Counted from the first letter of the stretch, positions 20,977 through 31,505 are shown. The stretch: 64,000 bases of DNA from an uncultured Candidatus Saccharibacteria bacterium (GCA_964598205.1 CAZRBB010000004.1:2324-66323), one strand, 5' to 3'. Notes: generated by a model from the sequence alone, not told the origin. Numbers and translations: made by a program.

Positions 20977-21600
20977 GTGGGCGAATCTTTAGAATCAAAA
21001 AACAAAAGAAAGGGGATGTCGTTGGTTGAGGCAATAGTAGCGGTGACGGTTTTTGTAACGGCTTCTTCTTTGGCGGCTTCTTTTATTACTTATGGCTACC
21101 GGAATCATTTAAAAGTTACAGAAGAGGCACTGGCAACGGATCGAGTGAATATAAGTATCCAGAAATTAGCGGAAGAGTTAAGAAAAACACGAACCGGTGA
21201 GAATGCTGGTTTTCCAATTATTACGGCCCAAGAAGATGAGATTGCTTTTTATTCGGATTCTGATAACGATGGCAAAGCGGAAAAAATACGGTATTTTCTT
21301 AGTAATGAAGTGTTTTATCGGGGAGTGACGGAGCCAACTGGAGCGCCACCGGTTTATCTTGTGGCGAATGAAGTGGTAAAAAAAATAACCGATAAAATAG
21401 TTTGGGAAGAAGGCAGTCCTTTATTTAATTACCACGGAATAGATCCTCTGGGTGGCGGTGTTAATGAAGTCTTGAGTTTTCCGGTAGATGTTTCTCGGGT
21501 GCGATTAGTGGAGATTACGCTAAAGACTCCAGTTGGAAAAGAAGAGAAAATAAGAACGGTAAGCACCCAAGTTCTTTTAAGAAATTTAAAAGATTATTAA
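20977..21600 (+). CDS. Minor pilin (PilW/GspJ-like)
   Basis: KRKG/MSLVE prepilin motif. Confidence 0.8.
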   Translation: MGESLESKNKRKGMSLVEAIVAVTVFVTASSLAASFITYGYRNHLKVTEEALATDRVNISIQKLAEELRKTRTGENAGFPIITAQEDEIAFYSDSDNDGKAEKIRYFLSNEVFYRGVTEPTGAPPVYLVANEVVKKITDKIVWEEGSPLFNYHGIDPLGGGVNEVLSFPVDVSRVRLVEITLKTPVGKEEKIRTVSTQVLLRNLKDY

Positions 21601-21601
21601 A

Positions 21602-22993
21602 ATGAGAAACCAAAAAAAAATAAGACGCGGTTCGATACTTCCTTTGGTTCTGGTTTTTGGAAGCTTTTTTTTAGTGGTCTTAGTGAGTCTTTTGGGATAT
21701 GTGGAAAGCCAACGGGGCCTGAGCATTAAAAAAGTTCAAAGGGAAGAAGCATTTAATATTTCTGAGGCTGGGCTGGCAATGTATCGCTGGCACATTGCTT
21801 CTGAATTAGATGGAAAAATTGCTGACGATATTCAAAATTATTGGGATGGGAGTCCGTTGGGAGTTCCTTTTTACGAAAGAGAATACAAAGATCCTCAAGG
21901 AAAAGCAGTAGGCAAATACCGCTTGGAAGTAACGGTACCTGAGCCTGGATCTACAATAATAGACGCTAAAATTACTGGCTGGAATTATCTTAATCCGAAT
22001 GCCAAGCGGATAATCAAGGCTCGTTTTAGGAAACCGGCTTGGAGCGAGTTTGCTGTGGTGGCCAACGATGTGATGCGATTTGGAGAAGGGACAGAAGTTT
22101 GGGGAAAGATCCATTCTAATGATGGCATTCGGTTTGATGGAATAGCACATAATTTGGTTTCTTCGGCGCGTGATGTTTATTGGGACCCCGATACTAGTTC
22201 CCAGAGGCCAGGGGTCTGGACTTCTAAATCTGATCCTGGTGATGTTTTTTTGGCAGGGACGGCATTTCCTTTGGCTACTGCTGATTTTACTGGGATCACC
22301 GGAGACCTGAGAGATATTAAGACCAATGCTCAATCTGGTGGACTTTATTTGGCTAAGACTACCGGATCTTACAAAAATGGTTATCGATTAAACATAAAAA
22401 CTAACGGAACAGTGGATGTTTACCGAGTAAAAACGCGCGGTGCTGTTAGCTATCAGATTCAATCAGAAACTTTTTTAAGGAACTATCCTTTGCCGGCTAA
22501 CGGTTTAATTTTTGTAGAAGATGATGCAACGATAGAAGGAACACTGAATAATAAATACTTAACAATTGTGGCTGCCGATATAACCTCTGGTGGTTCTTTT
22601 AGGAATATTTTTTTGGAGAAAGATTTGGTTTATGCTCACCGCAACGGTTCGGAGATTTTAGGATTGATTGCTCAGGGAAGTATTAAAATCGGGCTTTTTT
22701 CTAATAATGTTTTAAAAATTGATGGGGCATTGATTGCTCAGAACGGCAATGTGGGGCGCGATTATTTTACTTCTGGAGACAGTTCCACTTATTATAAAAG
22801 AGATACGATTACGGTTTATGGGGCTATCGCTACTAACCAGCGATACGGTTTTTCTTGGGGTTGCCCCACAACTTATTGTAGTGGTTATAAAAATCGTAAT
22901 CTGATTTTTGATTCAGAGCTGATCAATAAAATTCCGCCGTTTTTTCCAACTCAGAATAGCTATGGCTTAGATATGTGGGAGGAAGAAAAATAA
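21602..22993 (+). CDS. PilX-like minor pilin
   Basis: RRG/SILPL motif lacking E5; AFNISEAG. Confidence 0.75.
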   Translation: MRNQKKIRRGSILPLVLVFGSFFLVVLVSLLGYVESQRGLSIKKVQREEAFNISEAGLAMYRWHIASELDGKIADDIQNYWDGSPLGVPFYEREYKDPQGKAVGKYRLEVTVPEPGSTIIDAKITGWNYLNPNAKRIIKARFRKPAWSEFAVVANDVMRFGEGTEVWGKIHSNDGIRFDGIAHNLVSSARDVYWDPDTSSQRPGVWTSKSDPGDVFLAGTAFPLATADFTGITGDLRDIKTNAQSGGLYLAKTTGSYKNGYRLNIKTNGTVDVYRVKTRGAVSYQIQSETFLRNYPLPANGLIFVEDDATIEGTLNNKYLTIVAADITSGGSFRNIFLEKDLVYAHRNGSEILGLIAQGSIKIGLFSNNVLKIDGALIAQNGNVGRDYFTSGDSSTYYKRDTITVYGAIATNQRYGFSWGCPTTYCSGYKNRNLIFDSELINKIPPFFPTQNSYGLDMWEEEK

Positions 22994-23072
22994 TGTATAA
23001 TACTTGTGAATTAACAATTACGAATTTTGAATTTTGAATTTTGATTAAAATTTGAAGTTAGAATTTTAATTG

Positions 23073-23178
23073 AGGCTCAAGATTAACAGGGACTAGAGAA
23101 GTATTTATTTAGTAGGCAAGGCTCTTAGTCTACTGAATGAATATTCCTCTGGTCTCTGTCAATGCGAACAAAGAGCCT
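23073..23178. repeat. Stand-alone copy of inner hairpin family D
   Basis: Stem around caaggctcttag loop matches the inserts at 31340-31413 and 43955-44028. Confidence 0.85.
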
Positions 23179-23207
23179 TCTCTAAAATAAAAAATAATTT
23201 TCTTGCG

Positions 23208-24296
23208 GTGCTTTATCAAGTGGATTATACAAAATCTTTTGGACTACAAATAGAAGATAGAAGTTTGCGAATTTTAGAAATTTCTAAAAATAAAAACGGG
23301 CTCTTGGTGAGAGGGTATGCCAAGCGGAAACTGGCTCCAGGGCTAATAATTAAGGGAGTGATTCAAAAACATAAGCTAGTGGCGGAAACTATTCGGCGAG
23401 CCATGGCTGATGCTATTCCTAACCCTATTAAAAAAAAGGAAGTTATTTGTTCGGTTCCAGAATATAAAACTTTTGTTAAAATTTTAGAGATGCCCTTGAT
23501 TGATCCGGAAGAAGCAGAGGAAGCTGTTAGATGGGAGGCAGAAGACAGTATTCCCTTGCCCTTGGAGAAAGTTTTTTTGGATTGGAAAATAATAGAACGC
23601 TACCCAGAAAAGAAAAAAATGAAAGTGGCAGTGGTGGCGGCGCCGAAAGAAATAATTCTTGGTCGGATTCAAGTTTTAGAATATGCCGGACTTTTGCCCG
23701 TAGGGTTTGAACCGGATTCTTTTGCCTTGAGCAAATGTTTGGGCAAGATGGAAACTGCTTCTCTTAGGCCGGAAATGATTATTTATTTAGGAGAAAGAAA
23801 ATCAATTGTGGTGATTAAACGGGGTTTTTTGGCGCTTTTTTCTTCTAGTCTTCTTTTGGGAGTGACAGATGTTAAAAGAGCTATCTTAACGAGCTTTGGC
23901 AGTTCTTCTAAGCATCGCTTACCAGAATCAGATCTGGAAATGGAATTAGAAAAAACGGTGACCAAAGATTTAGAGAAGTTTGGCTTTGATTCGTCTAGGG
24001 AAAAAGGGAAAAAACAGCTCTTAATTGGGAAGGAAAGTCTAAGTGAACTTTTACGGGAAATAAAGAGTGCTTTGAATTATTTTGAAGAAGAATTAGAAGA
24101 AGAAGTAGAAATGATTTATTTAACCGGAGCGGGGAGTGCAATTAAAGGAATGGATGCTTTTTTGGGAAAGGAAATTTCTAGAGAGATTTTGGAAGGAAAA
24201 GAGCTTTCTTTCTATAAAGTGAAGCATAGTGCACTGACAATGCCTAAAAGATTAATCAGCGATTATGCGATTGCTTTGGGGAGCGCTCTTGGTTAG
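23208..24296 (+). CDS. pilM: Pilus alignment protein PilM (divergent)
   Basis: Actin-like fold pattern, WEAEDSIPLP, LTGAGS, IALGSAL. Confidence 0.85.
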   Translation: MLYQVDYTKSFGLQIEDRSLRILEISKNKNGLLVRGYAKRKLAPGLIIKGVIQKHKLVAETIRRAMADAIPNPIKKKEVICSVPEYKTFVKILEMPLIDPEEAEEAVRWEAEDSIPLPLEKVFLDWKIIERYPEKKKMKVAVVAAPKEIILGRIQVLEYAGLLPVGFEPDSFALSKCLGKMETASLRPEMIIYLGERKSIVVIKRGFLALFSSSLLLGVTDVKRAILTSFGSSSKHRLPESDLEMELEKTVTKDLEKFGFDSSREKGKKQLLIGKESLSELLREIKSALNYFEEELEEEVEMIYLTGAGSAIKGMDAFLGKEISREILEGKELSFYKVKHSALTMPKRLISDYAIALGSALG

Positions 24297-24299
24297 ATA

Positions 24300-24417
24300 A
24301 AATCTTGTACAATGACACATTTCTTCGTTAAAACCGTCGTTACTCGCTTACCGTAACACAATTACGCTTCGCTCGTTCCTCCGGTTTTGCCTTGAACTGT
24401 GTCATTGTACAAGATTT
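24300..24417. repeat. Repeat family B copy 2
   Basis: Same core as 12697; outer stem aaatcttgtacaatgacaca/tgtgtcattgtacaagattt (20 bp, perfect). Confidence 0.88.
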
Positions 24418-24448
24418 AGGAATAAAAAAAGATAAAAAAGAAGATAAA

Positions 24449-25096
24449 ATGGAGATCAATCTTCTGCCCGAAGAGCAGGTAGAAAAAATAAAAATGAACT
24501 GTCTTTCCAAGAAGGCAACGGGATTGATTGTTTTGGCTATTTTTTTAAATGTAGTTTTTGGTTTTTATATTTATTCGCTAAAAGCGGGAATGACTGAACG
24601 GTTAAAAGAGGAAGAGGCACGCAAGAATACGCTGGCGCTAAAAGAAGAAGTGAAGGACTTGGAAAAGTTTGAAGCAGAAGTAAAAAAAAGTTTTGATCTT
24701 TTAGAAAAAGCTAAGAGGATTCAAAAGGAAGAAGAAAAATCTTCTGTTTGGTTTTTAATTCTTTCCGAGTTGCATGATTTTTGGGAATCAGGAATTGTTT
24801 TTTCTTCTTTCGTGGTTCAAGAAGAAGAAAAAATAGTACCACCCAAGGACGAAAAAGAAGAAGCTGAGAAGACGGCCGAAGAGAAAAAGGCTGAAGCAGA
24901 GAATAAGAAAAATGTGGAAGAAAAAGTTATTTACGAAATAATACTTTCTGGAAAGGCAAAAGAGAGAGATCAGGTGATTCGTTTAAAAGAAAAGCTGGCG
25001 AGTTCGGATTTTTATAGGGAGGTAATTTCTCCGGTTTCCAACTTAACTTCTAGGGAAGATGTGGAATTTGATTTTACTTTAAAACTTAAAGAATGA
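24449..25096 (+). CDS. pilN: PilN-like protein
   Basis: INLLP PilM-binding motif, TM, coiled coil. Confidence 0.8.
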   Translation: MEINLLPEEQVEKIKMNCLSKKATGLIVLAIFLNVVFGFYIYSLKAGMTERLKEEEARKNTLALKEEVKDLEKFEAEVKKSFDLLEKAKRIQKEEEKSSVWFLILSELHDFWESGIVFSSFVVQEEEKIVPPKDEKEEAEKTAEEKKAEAENKKNVEEKVIYEIILSGKAKERDQVIRLKEKLASSDFYREVISPVSNLTSREDVEFDFTLKLKE

Positions 25097-25683
25097 TTTT
25101 GGGTAAGTTTAAAAATAAGCTTTTTATTTTCTTGGCAATAGAGCTTTCTTTTTTGGTTTTTTCTGGTTGGATGCTTAATTCTGTTTGGCTTTTGGATCTG
25201 GCAATTAGGGATGCCCAAAAATCTTCTTGGGAAATGGAAGTAAAGATTGCTAACTATGACCGATTAAAAGAAGAACGCAGCAAGCTAGAAGGTGAGGGGA
25301 AAAGACTTTTTAGGCGCTTTGTGACCGACGACGAGGCTCCGGTGGAATTTATTTCTAAAATAGAAAAGGCAGCTGAGGATTCTGGGGTTAAGTTAAAGTT
25401 GGAGACTTATCAGGAAAAAGCAGTGAAGAAGAAAGGTAAGGTTGAAGAAAAAAAAGGAGAAGGAGAAGCATTAGCTTTGATTTTAAAAACAGAGAGCGGT
25501 TTCTTTGAATGGATGCGTTTTTTGGCTAGAATAGAAAACTTAGACGGCTATTCTTCTGTTAAAAAAATAAGCTTGAATTTTGGAAAAGTGGAGGAAGATA
25601 CAACGGCGCCTTCTAGTGTGGGAGGAGAAGAAACGGGTCTTGCTTCAAAACTTTTGGGAGAAACTATAATTGTGGCTTATTAA
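25093..25683 (+). CDS. pilO: PilO-like protein
   Basis: TM, coiled coil, F..RIENL; synteny. Confidence 0.7.
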   Translation: MILGKFKNKLFIFLAIELSFLVFSGWMLNSVWLLDLAIRDAQKSSWEMEVKIANYDRLKEERSKLEGEGKRLFRRFVTDDEAPVEFISKIEKAAEDSGVKLKLETYQEKAVKKKGKVEEKKGEGEALALILKTESGFFEWMRFLARIENLDGYSSVKKISLNFGKVEEDTTAPSSVGGEETGLASKLLGETIIVAY

Positions 25684-25684
25684 A

Positions 25685-25969
25685 ATGAAATTATATAATT
25701 TAAAAAGATTTATTCTTGGTCGCGAAAAAGTGATTTTTTGTTTAATGCTTTTAGGGACGATCCTGCCTTTGATTTTTGGTGTATTGGTCTATGAAAGATT
25801 TGATTTAAATGATGAGAAAAGAGAGCAGACAGTAGAAAATGATAGTGGAAATAAGCTGAAGTATAAAATAGATCCCAAGGCATTAGAAGAAATGGATCAA
25901 TATTTTAAGGAACGAGAAGATTTTATAAAAAAAGAAGAAATCAAGAAGTTTAAAGAAATTTTTGGATGA
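25685..25969 (+). CDS. Small membrane protein of pilus cluster
   Basis: One TM; position after pilO. Confidence 0.6.
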   Translation: MKLYNLKRFILGREKVIFCLMLLGTILPLIFGVLVYERFDLNDEKREQTVENDSGNKLKYKIDPKALEEMDQYFKEREDFIKKEEIKKFKEIFG

Positions 25970-26946
25970 CAAAAAACGGTTATCTTTCGCCAAAAACCGC
26001 TTTATCTTTAGAACTTATTAAAACTTTGATTTATTTTCGTGCAAGGAAACTGCCGGCACCATTAGTGGTTTTGACGCGCTTTTCTTTGTTTAAATCGCTG
26101 GAGACGGAAAAAATAACCGGTCAGGTAGCAATAGTTTTGGAAGAATTAAAGGACAGGGGACTGGTTTCTTGTTTTAGAGGATTTTATTATTGGGGGAAGA
26201 AAGAAAAAAAGGGAAAAACGCAGGATTTAAAAATCGCTGCCGAAAAAATGAAAATGGCGACCGGAGCGGCGTTTTTTTTACGACACTTGCCGTTTCTTAG
26301 GCTGGTAGCGGTTTCGGGAACGGTGGCCTCTGGTAATCCGCGATCTAAAAGTGACATTGATCTTTTTTTGGTAGTGAGAAAAGGTCGGATTTGGATGGCA
26401 CGATTGGGAGTGCTTTTGGTTTTGGAACTGATTGGTAAGAGGAAAAAAGGTCAAAAGAAAAAAGACCGCTTTTGTTTGAATTGTCTTTTAGCAGAAGACA
26501 GTTTAAAAATGAAATTTTTTGATTTGTATTCAGCACAGGAGCTTTTGTTTTTAACACCACTTTTAGCGCAATCAGGAATTATTCGACGCTTAAGAAAGAA
26601 AAATGTTTGGATTAAAAAATATTTAGGAGATTTTGATTTTGATCAGGAGCCGCTTAGTGGTTGGTGGCAAGAGCGAGCTGGGGGTTTTTCTTGGTTGAGT
26701 TGGGTGTTAGAGCAATTGCTTTTGTTGCCGATTTTTGATTGGCTAGAGCGGTGGTTGGGGAAAAAACAAGCAGAGAGAATAGAGCGGAAGCGGAAACAGG
26801 AAAAAGACGGTCAAGTTTATTGGGGTGATGATGCTTTAATTTTTCATCCTAAGCCAAAGAGCGTTATCTTGAAAAAAATTTACGAACGAATTTTGATTAA
26901 GGATCGAGAAAAAATTAAAAATTTTGCGCTAAGTTTTAATCGTTGA
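25966..26946 (+). CDS. Nucleotidyltransferase-domain protein
   Basis: SGTVASG....SDIDL Pol-beta type motif. Confidence 0.7.
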   Translation: MTKNGYLSPKTALSLELIKTLIYFRARKLPAPLVVLTRFSLFKSLETEKITGQVAIVLEELKDRGLVSCFRGFYYWGKKEKKGKTQDLKIAAEKMKMATGAAFFLRHLPFLRLVAVSGTVASGNPRSKSDIDLFLVVRKGRIWMARLGVLLVLELIGKRKKGQKKKDRFCLNCLLAEDSLKMKFFDLYSAQELLFLTPLLAQSGIIRRLRKKNVWIKKYLGDFDFDQEPLSGWWQERAGGFSWLSWVLEQLLLLPIFDWLERWLGKKQAERIERKRKQEKDGQVYWGDDALIFHPKPKSVILKKIYERILIKDREKIKNFALSFNR

Positions 26947-26970
26947 AGAAATGAATAAGAGAAGAATTAA

Positions 26971-28656
26971 ATGGGAAATCGATATCGAATAAAAATAAAA
27001 GATCTTTTTAAAAATAGTTTAGAATTTAAAAAGAATTATTTGGAAGGATTGTTTTTGGTGTTTTTATTTACTTTCTTTCTACTTTTTTCTTATGGCCATA
27101 TTGAGCAAAGTATTTCTTTAATTAAATATCATAACGAATGGGGAATACAGAACCTTATTGATAATTACAATCTTTTTCATCGTTCTTTTGGAGAATTTTT
27201 TCTCCAAACTGGTCAGTTTCATGAGGGCAATACTACTTCCGGATGGCGGACAATGTTCTATCTTCTACCCCTGTTTCTGTTTTGTGATTTATTTGGTGGA
27301 TTCAGTTTTAAGCTAGTCTGTTTTTTTACAGTTACAACTTCATTACTTGCTCTGTTTTTGTTCTATTTGTGGATTAGGAATTCATGGGGAAGGAAAGCAG
27401 CTTTTTTCGGTGTTCTTTTCTTTGGCTTTTCTGCTGTTTTTCAGGAATTTTCAAGGTCGGGCAGTTATGGTGCCTATAGCTTATTGTTGTGTGTGGCATG
27501 GCTTTTACTTTGTTTTTTAAAAAATAAAAAAGAGAATGTTTTATACTTTCTCTTTTTTGGCATTTTAACGGGATTTTCTTGGTATGCCTACAGTCTTCTT
27601 AGGGGATTGACTTTGGTGGCCTTTATTCGTGTTTTTTGGTCCAAGATAATTCCAAAATGGAAAACTGTGGGGTTGTTTTTGCTAGGTTTTTTAATAACCA
27701 TTATTCCTGGAGTTATTATTCTATTACAACAAACAGGGAACAATGGCGGACCAATGCATTTATTGTTTGTTGATAAAGAAAATATTTTAGATGAAGGAAA
27801 AAATATTTCTAATACCTTTAGAATACTTTCTTTAAACTTAATTGTTTTTTTAAAGAGGATAACGGGATTCTCTCAAATGTTAGAGCCCATGGTTAAAGAT
27901 AGGATTCATGCGCATTTTATTAATCCGATTCTTTTTTTACCAATGATGGTTGGTTTTTTTAGTGTTTTAAAATCATGGCGTCAATTCAGAAATATCTTCT
28001 TACTGCTATCGTCGGTGTTTATTTTTGGAATAGCAATATTAACATCAGATTATGGGTATATTGAAGCTAGGCGTTCTGTTTTCTACTTAATTCCAATGTA
28101 TTGTTATCTTGGATTGGGAGCCAAATTAATCTTGGATTTGGTTTTAAAAATAAAACTTCTTTGGGCTAAAAGATTAATCTTGTTGTTTTTTGTAATTATC
28201 ATTGGCAATGTTTTAGTTTTGGAAAGAAGCTTTGTCCACGAGTATATTCTAAGCCCTAAGAGGGATCTTGGTTTATTGGCTTTCTCTGATAAGCTTAAGA
28301 AGTTAAAAGTTGGTGGGGAAATGCTTTACTTAGAGAGGCCGGAAAGAAAATTACCACAGGACAAAAGACCGCTGTATCTTTTTGCCAGTGAAAGTAATAT
28401 TATGCGCGTGGCTTTAGTGGAAAAAGGAAAAGAACCGTTTCGTATTACAAGCATAACGCCTACTGCTAGTGCCCCATATTTATTAGAATCCCTTTTTTTA
28501 ACTAAGAGTCCAGATATTTCAGAGAAAGAGTTTAGTCAATGGTGCGTGCGTAACAAGTTAAAATCTTCATTGGTTTTTGAATCTCCTGTAATTAATCTTC
28601 CTCACAAGACAAAGCTGGAAGAAGGATTGTTTAAGTTTTATAAGATTAATCGCTGA
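26971..28656 (+). CDS. Polytopic GT-C fold glycosyltransferase (ArnT/PMT-like)
   Basis: About 10-12 TM helices plus C-terminal soluble domain. Confidence 0.55.
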   Translation: MGNRYRIKIKDLFKNSLEFKKNYLEGLFLVFLFTFFLLFSYGHIEQSISLIKYHNEWGIQNLIDNYNLFHRSFGEFFLQTGQFHEGNTTSGWRTMFYLLPLFLFCDLFGGFSFKLVCFFTVTTSLLALFLFYLWIRNSWGRKAAFFGVLFFGFSAVFQEFSRSGSYGAYSLLLCVAWLLLCFLKNKKENVLYFLFFGILTGFSWYAYSLLRGLTLVAFIRVFWSKIIPKWKTVGLFLLGFLITIIPGVIILLQQTGNNGGPMHLLFVDKENILDEGKNISNTFRILSLNLIVFLKRITGFSQMLEPMVKDRIHAHFINPILFLPMMVGFFSVLKSWRQFRNIFLLLSSVFIFGIAILTSDYGYIEARRSVFYLIPMYCYLGLGAKLILDLVLKIKLLWAKRLILLFFVIIIGNVLVLERSFVHEYILSPKRDLGLLAFSDKLKKLKVGGEMLYLERPERKLPQDKRPLYLFASESNIMRVALVEKGKEPFRITSITPTASAPYLLESLFLTKSPDISEKEFSQWCVRNKLKSSLVFESPVINLPHKTKLEEGLFKFYKINR

Positions 28657-28660
28657 AAAA

Positions 28661-29032
28661 ATGAATAAAAGAAGAATTAAGAGCGCTAATTTGAATTTAA
28701 GAGATGAGCTTTCAGAAGTTGTTCGCCGGGAGATGGAGTTTCCAGACATTTTAGTAACCATTACTCGAGTAGAAGCTTCGGCGGATTTAAGGAGTCTTTT
28801 GGTTTTTGTGTCTACCATGCCCGAAGAAGCGTTAAAAAAGACCCTAAGAACTTTGCGGCGCAATATTTTTATGATTAAGGGGGCGCTTGTTCGGCGGGTA
28901 AAAATCAAGTATATTCCAAAGATTTCTTTTCGGCCTGATGAAGGTAGCCAAAATTATGCAGCGGTGGAACAAATTATTGGCGAATTAAAAAATGAAAAAT
29001 CAGTATCAAGCAAAAATAAAACGACTTTTTAA
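28661..29032 (+). CDS. rbfA: Ribosome-binding factor A
   Basis: VTITRVEASADLR, KYIPKISFRPD. Confidence 0.9.
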   Translation: MNKRRIKSANLNLRDELSEVVRREMEFPDILVTITRVEASADLRSLLVFVSTMPEEALKKTLRTLRRNIFMIKGALVRRVKIKYIPKISFRPDEGSQNYAAVEQIIGELKNEKSVSSKNKTTF

Positions 29033-30002
29033 GATTTTTAAGGAAGCAAAATCGGTGGCTCTTTTTTCACATAAAGATCCCGATGGCGATGCCTTAGGAT
29101 CCTCTTTAGCGCTAAGAAATTGGTTTTTAAAAGACGGGAAAAAAGTTTTTTCGGCCTATGCTGGTGTTGCTAATTGCGGATTAAAAAAGCTTTTTCGGGG
29201 TTGTGATGATTTTTTTGTAAAAGAAGGTGAGTTACCAGCTTGGGATGGGAAGCCGGTAGATCTAATTGTTATTTTAGATGCCGGTCAACCAGAGAGGACC
29301 GGTTTTCCTAATTATTTTTTAGAACAACTGGCCGGTGGCAAGGAAGCGCTTGCTTCCAAATTAATAATCTGGGATCACCATCGCGATTCGGCGGCGGAAG
29401 GTGTGCGTTTTTCTTTAGTGTTGCCTCAAAAAGCGGCAACTTGTGAAATGGTTTACGATTTTTTTAGAATCAATGAAATTGATTTTGGGAAAGAAGAAGC
29501 GGCTTTTATTTTGACGGGCATTTTTACAGATACTGGTGGTTTTTTGCATGCTAATACCACTAGTGGCTTGATTAAGGCGGCTTCTTATTTAATGCGAAAG
29601 GGAGTTTCTCTTTCGGCGATTGCCAAAGGGGTTTATGCCGAGAAAAAACCCGGTGTCTTAAAAATTTGGGGACGAGCATTGGCTCGGGCAGAAATAAATC
29701 AGAAAACTAAAGCGGCTTTTTCTTACGTGACTCAAAGAGACTTGGCTGAATGCCAAGCAAACTTGGAAGATCTTTCTGGAGTAACAAATATTTTAGGCAC
29801 AGCGAGTGAATCGCGGTTTTCTATTTTTTTGGCAGAAGCGGAAGAAAATAAAATTAAAGGAAGCTTGCGGAGTGAAGAGAATAAACATTGCGATGTTTCT
29901 AAGATAGCAAGAATGCTGGGTGGTGGCGGGCATCGGTTGGCTTCTGGTTTTGAGATTAAAGGCCGGATTACGAATCAGGGAGGGAAGGCGGCGGTAGCTT
30001 AG
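28992..30002 (+). CDS. nrnA: DHH/DHHA1 nanoRNase/pAp phosphatase
   Basis: HKDPDGDA, DHH, TDTG, SLRS, GGGGH. Confidence 0.92.
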   Translation: MKNQYQAKIKRLFKIFKEAKSVALFSHKDPDGDALGSSLALRNWFLKDGKKVFSAYAGVANCGLKKLFRGCDDFFVKEGELPAWDGKPVDLIVILDAGQPERTGFPNYFLEQLAGGKEALASKLIIWDHHRDSAAEGVRFSLVLPQKAATCEMVYDFFRINEIDFGKEEAAFILTGIFTDTGGFLHANTTSGLIKAASYLMRKGVSLSAIAKGVYAEKKPGVLKIWGRALARAEINQKTKAAFSYVTQRDLAECQANLEDLSGVTNILGTASESRFSIFLAEAEENKIKGSLRSEENKHCDVSKIARMLGGGGHRLASGFEIKGRITNQGGKAAVA

Positions 30003-30065
30003 GGAAATTTTGAATTTTGAATTTTGGATTTCGATTAAATTTTAAAATTAGAATTTTAATCAAAA

Positions 30066-30274
30066 CTTTTCCAAACTGATATCCTTTTCCCAGTTCGTTC
30101 GGCCTCGACCGGGCCTCGCTCCACCTTGTTTGTCATTCCGAACGCAGTGAGGAATCCCTTGTGCTAGAAAATAATTGTCAATTATAGACCAAGGGATCCT
30201 TCGCTTCGCTCAGGATGACAGATATTAGTAGGCGGGAACAAGGAGCCTCCTCAAAGGACATCAGTTTGGAAAAG
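30066..30274. repeat. Repeat family A copy 5, carrying an inverted REP doublet at 30131-30220
   Basis: tgtcattccgaacgcagtgaggaatccct...agggatccttcgcttcgctcaggatgaca inside the A variable arm. Confidence 0.9.
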
Positions 30275-30316
30275 CTAAGATCAATAATTTTATTCTTAAT
30301 TCATAATTTAAACCAA

Positions 30317-31282
30317 GTGGATTTTGGAGCGCATGTTTCGGCGGCGGGGGGAGTGGCCAATGCTCCCAAGAACGCATCTGTATTGGGATGTGAGTGTTTT
30401 CAATTTTTTTCACAGAGTCCTCGTGGCGGAACAAGAAAGCTTCCTTCCGCAGAAGAAGCGACGGCGTTTAAAAAAACGGTGGTGGATTTGGGTTTAAAAT
30501 CAAGCTATATTCACGCACCGTATTTTATTAATTTGGCTTCAAAAAATGGTCGGATTTATTATGGATCGATTGAGGCGCTAAAAAAAGAATTGGAAATTGC
30601 TGATATGTTGGGGGTGCGAGGTGTAGTGACTCATTTGGGGAGCGCCAAGGACTATGCAGTGGTAGATGGGGAAGGTGAGGGGGTACGAGCGCAAAGGGAC
30701 AAAGGACCAAGGGGACCAATTAAGCAACATCGGGCAACTTCGGGATTGGGACGACCTGCAACTTCGGGCAATGTCGGCAGTGGGACGGCGGGAATGCCAA
30801 GCGAAGCGGCGGAAAGAATAGTTAAGGCGTTGATCGAAATCGAAAAGGCGCGCACGGGAAAGTCACGATTGATTTTGGAAAATGCTGCCGGCGCCGGTCG
30901 GATTTTGGGAAGCAATTTGGAACAGTTGGCTTTTTTATTAAAAGCAGTGCCGGGATTAGGCGGGATTTGTTTGGATACGGCGCACGCTTTTGCTTCTGGC
31001 TTAGAATTAAGAGGGGATAAGGCGATTGATGAACTGGTTAGGAAGATTAAGGGTTTGATAGGGTTTGATAAATTGTGGGTGGTGCATGCTAATGATTCTT
31101 TAGTGGATTTTGATTCACATTGCGATCGGCATGCGCATTTAGGGGAAGGGAGAATTGGTAAGGAAGCTTTTGGGAAATTAGTTCGGCGAAGAGAATTTTC
31201 TAAAGTTGATTTTATTTTAGAAACGCCGACAATAGAGGGAATGGTTCGGGACTTGGAAATGCTTCATAGATTTAGGGATTAG
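30317..31282 (+). CDS. nfo: Endonuclease IV with low-complexity insertion
   Basis: GAHVS, HAPYFINLAS, LENAAG, CLDTAH, HAND, DRH, LETP; the ORF-track N-terminus is repeat-derived. Confidence 0.92.
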   Translation: MDFGAHVSAAGGVANAPKNASVLGCECFQFFSQSPRGGTRKLPSAEEATAFKKTVVDLGLKSSYIHAPYFINLASKNGRIYYGSIEALKKELEIADMLGVRGVVTHLGSAKDYAVVDGEGEGVRAQRDKGPRGPIKQHRATSGLGRPATSGNVGSGTAGMPSEAAERIVKALIEIEKARTGKSRLILENAAGAGRILGSNLEQLAFLLKAVPGLGGICLDTAHAFASGLELRGDKAIDELVRKIKGLIGFDKLWVVHANDSLVDFDSHCDRHAHLGEGRIGKEAFGKLVRRREFSKVDFILETPTIEGMVRDLEMLHRFRD

Positions 31283-31301
31283 GAATTTTTTTTATTTTAT
31301 T

Positions 31302-31505
31302 AAACTAATGTTCTTTGAGGAGGCTCCTTGTTCCCGCTGACAGAGACCAGAGGAGTATCCGTTCAGTAGACAAGGCTCTTAGTCTACTGAACGGATACTC
31401 CTCTGGTCTCTGTAGAGCTTTAAGCTTTTTAAACAAAGCTGACCAGGAACAAGGTGGAGCGAGGCCCGGTCGAGACCGAACGAACTTGGAAAAGAACATT
31501 AGTTT
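31302..31505. repeat. Repeat family A copy 6 (reverse) with family D hairpin 31340-31413
   Basis: A core plus perfect hairpin acagagaccagaggagtatccgttcagtagac/gtctactgaacggatactcctctggtctctgt. Confidence 0.9.

Noticed and set aside
30215-30316. N-terminal extension of nfo
   Set aside because: Derived from repeat A; the family starts near GAHVS
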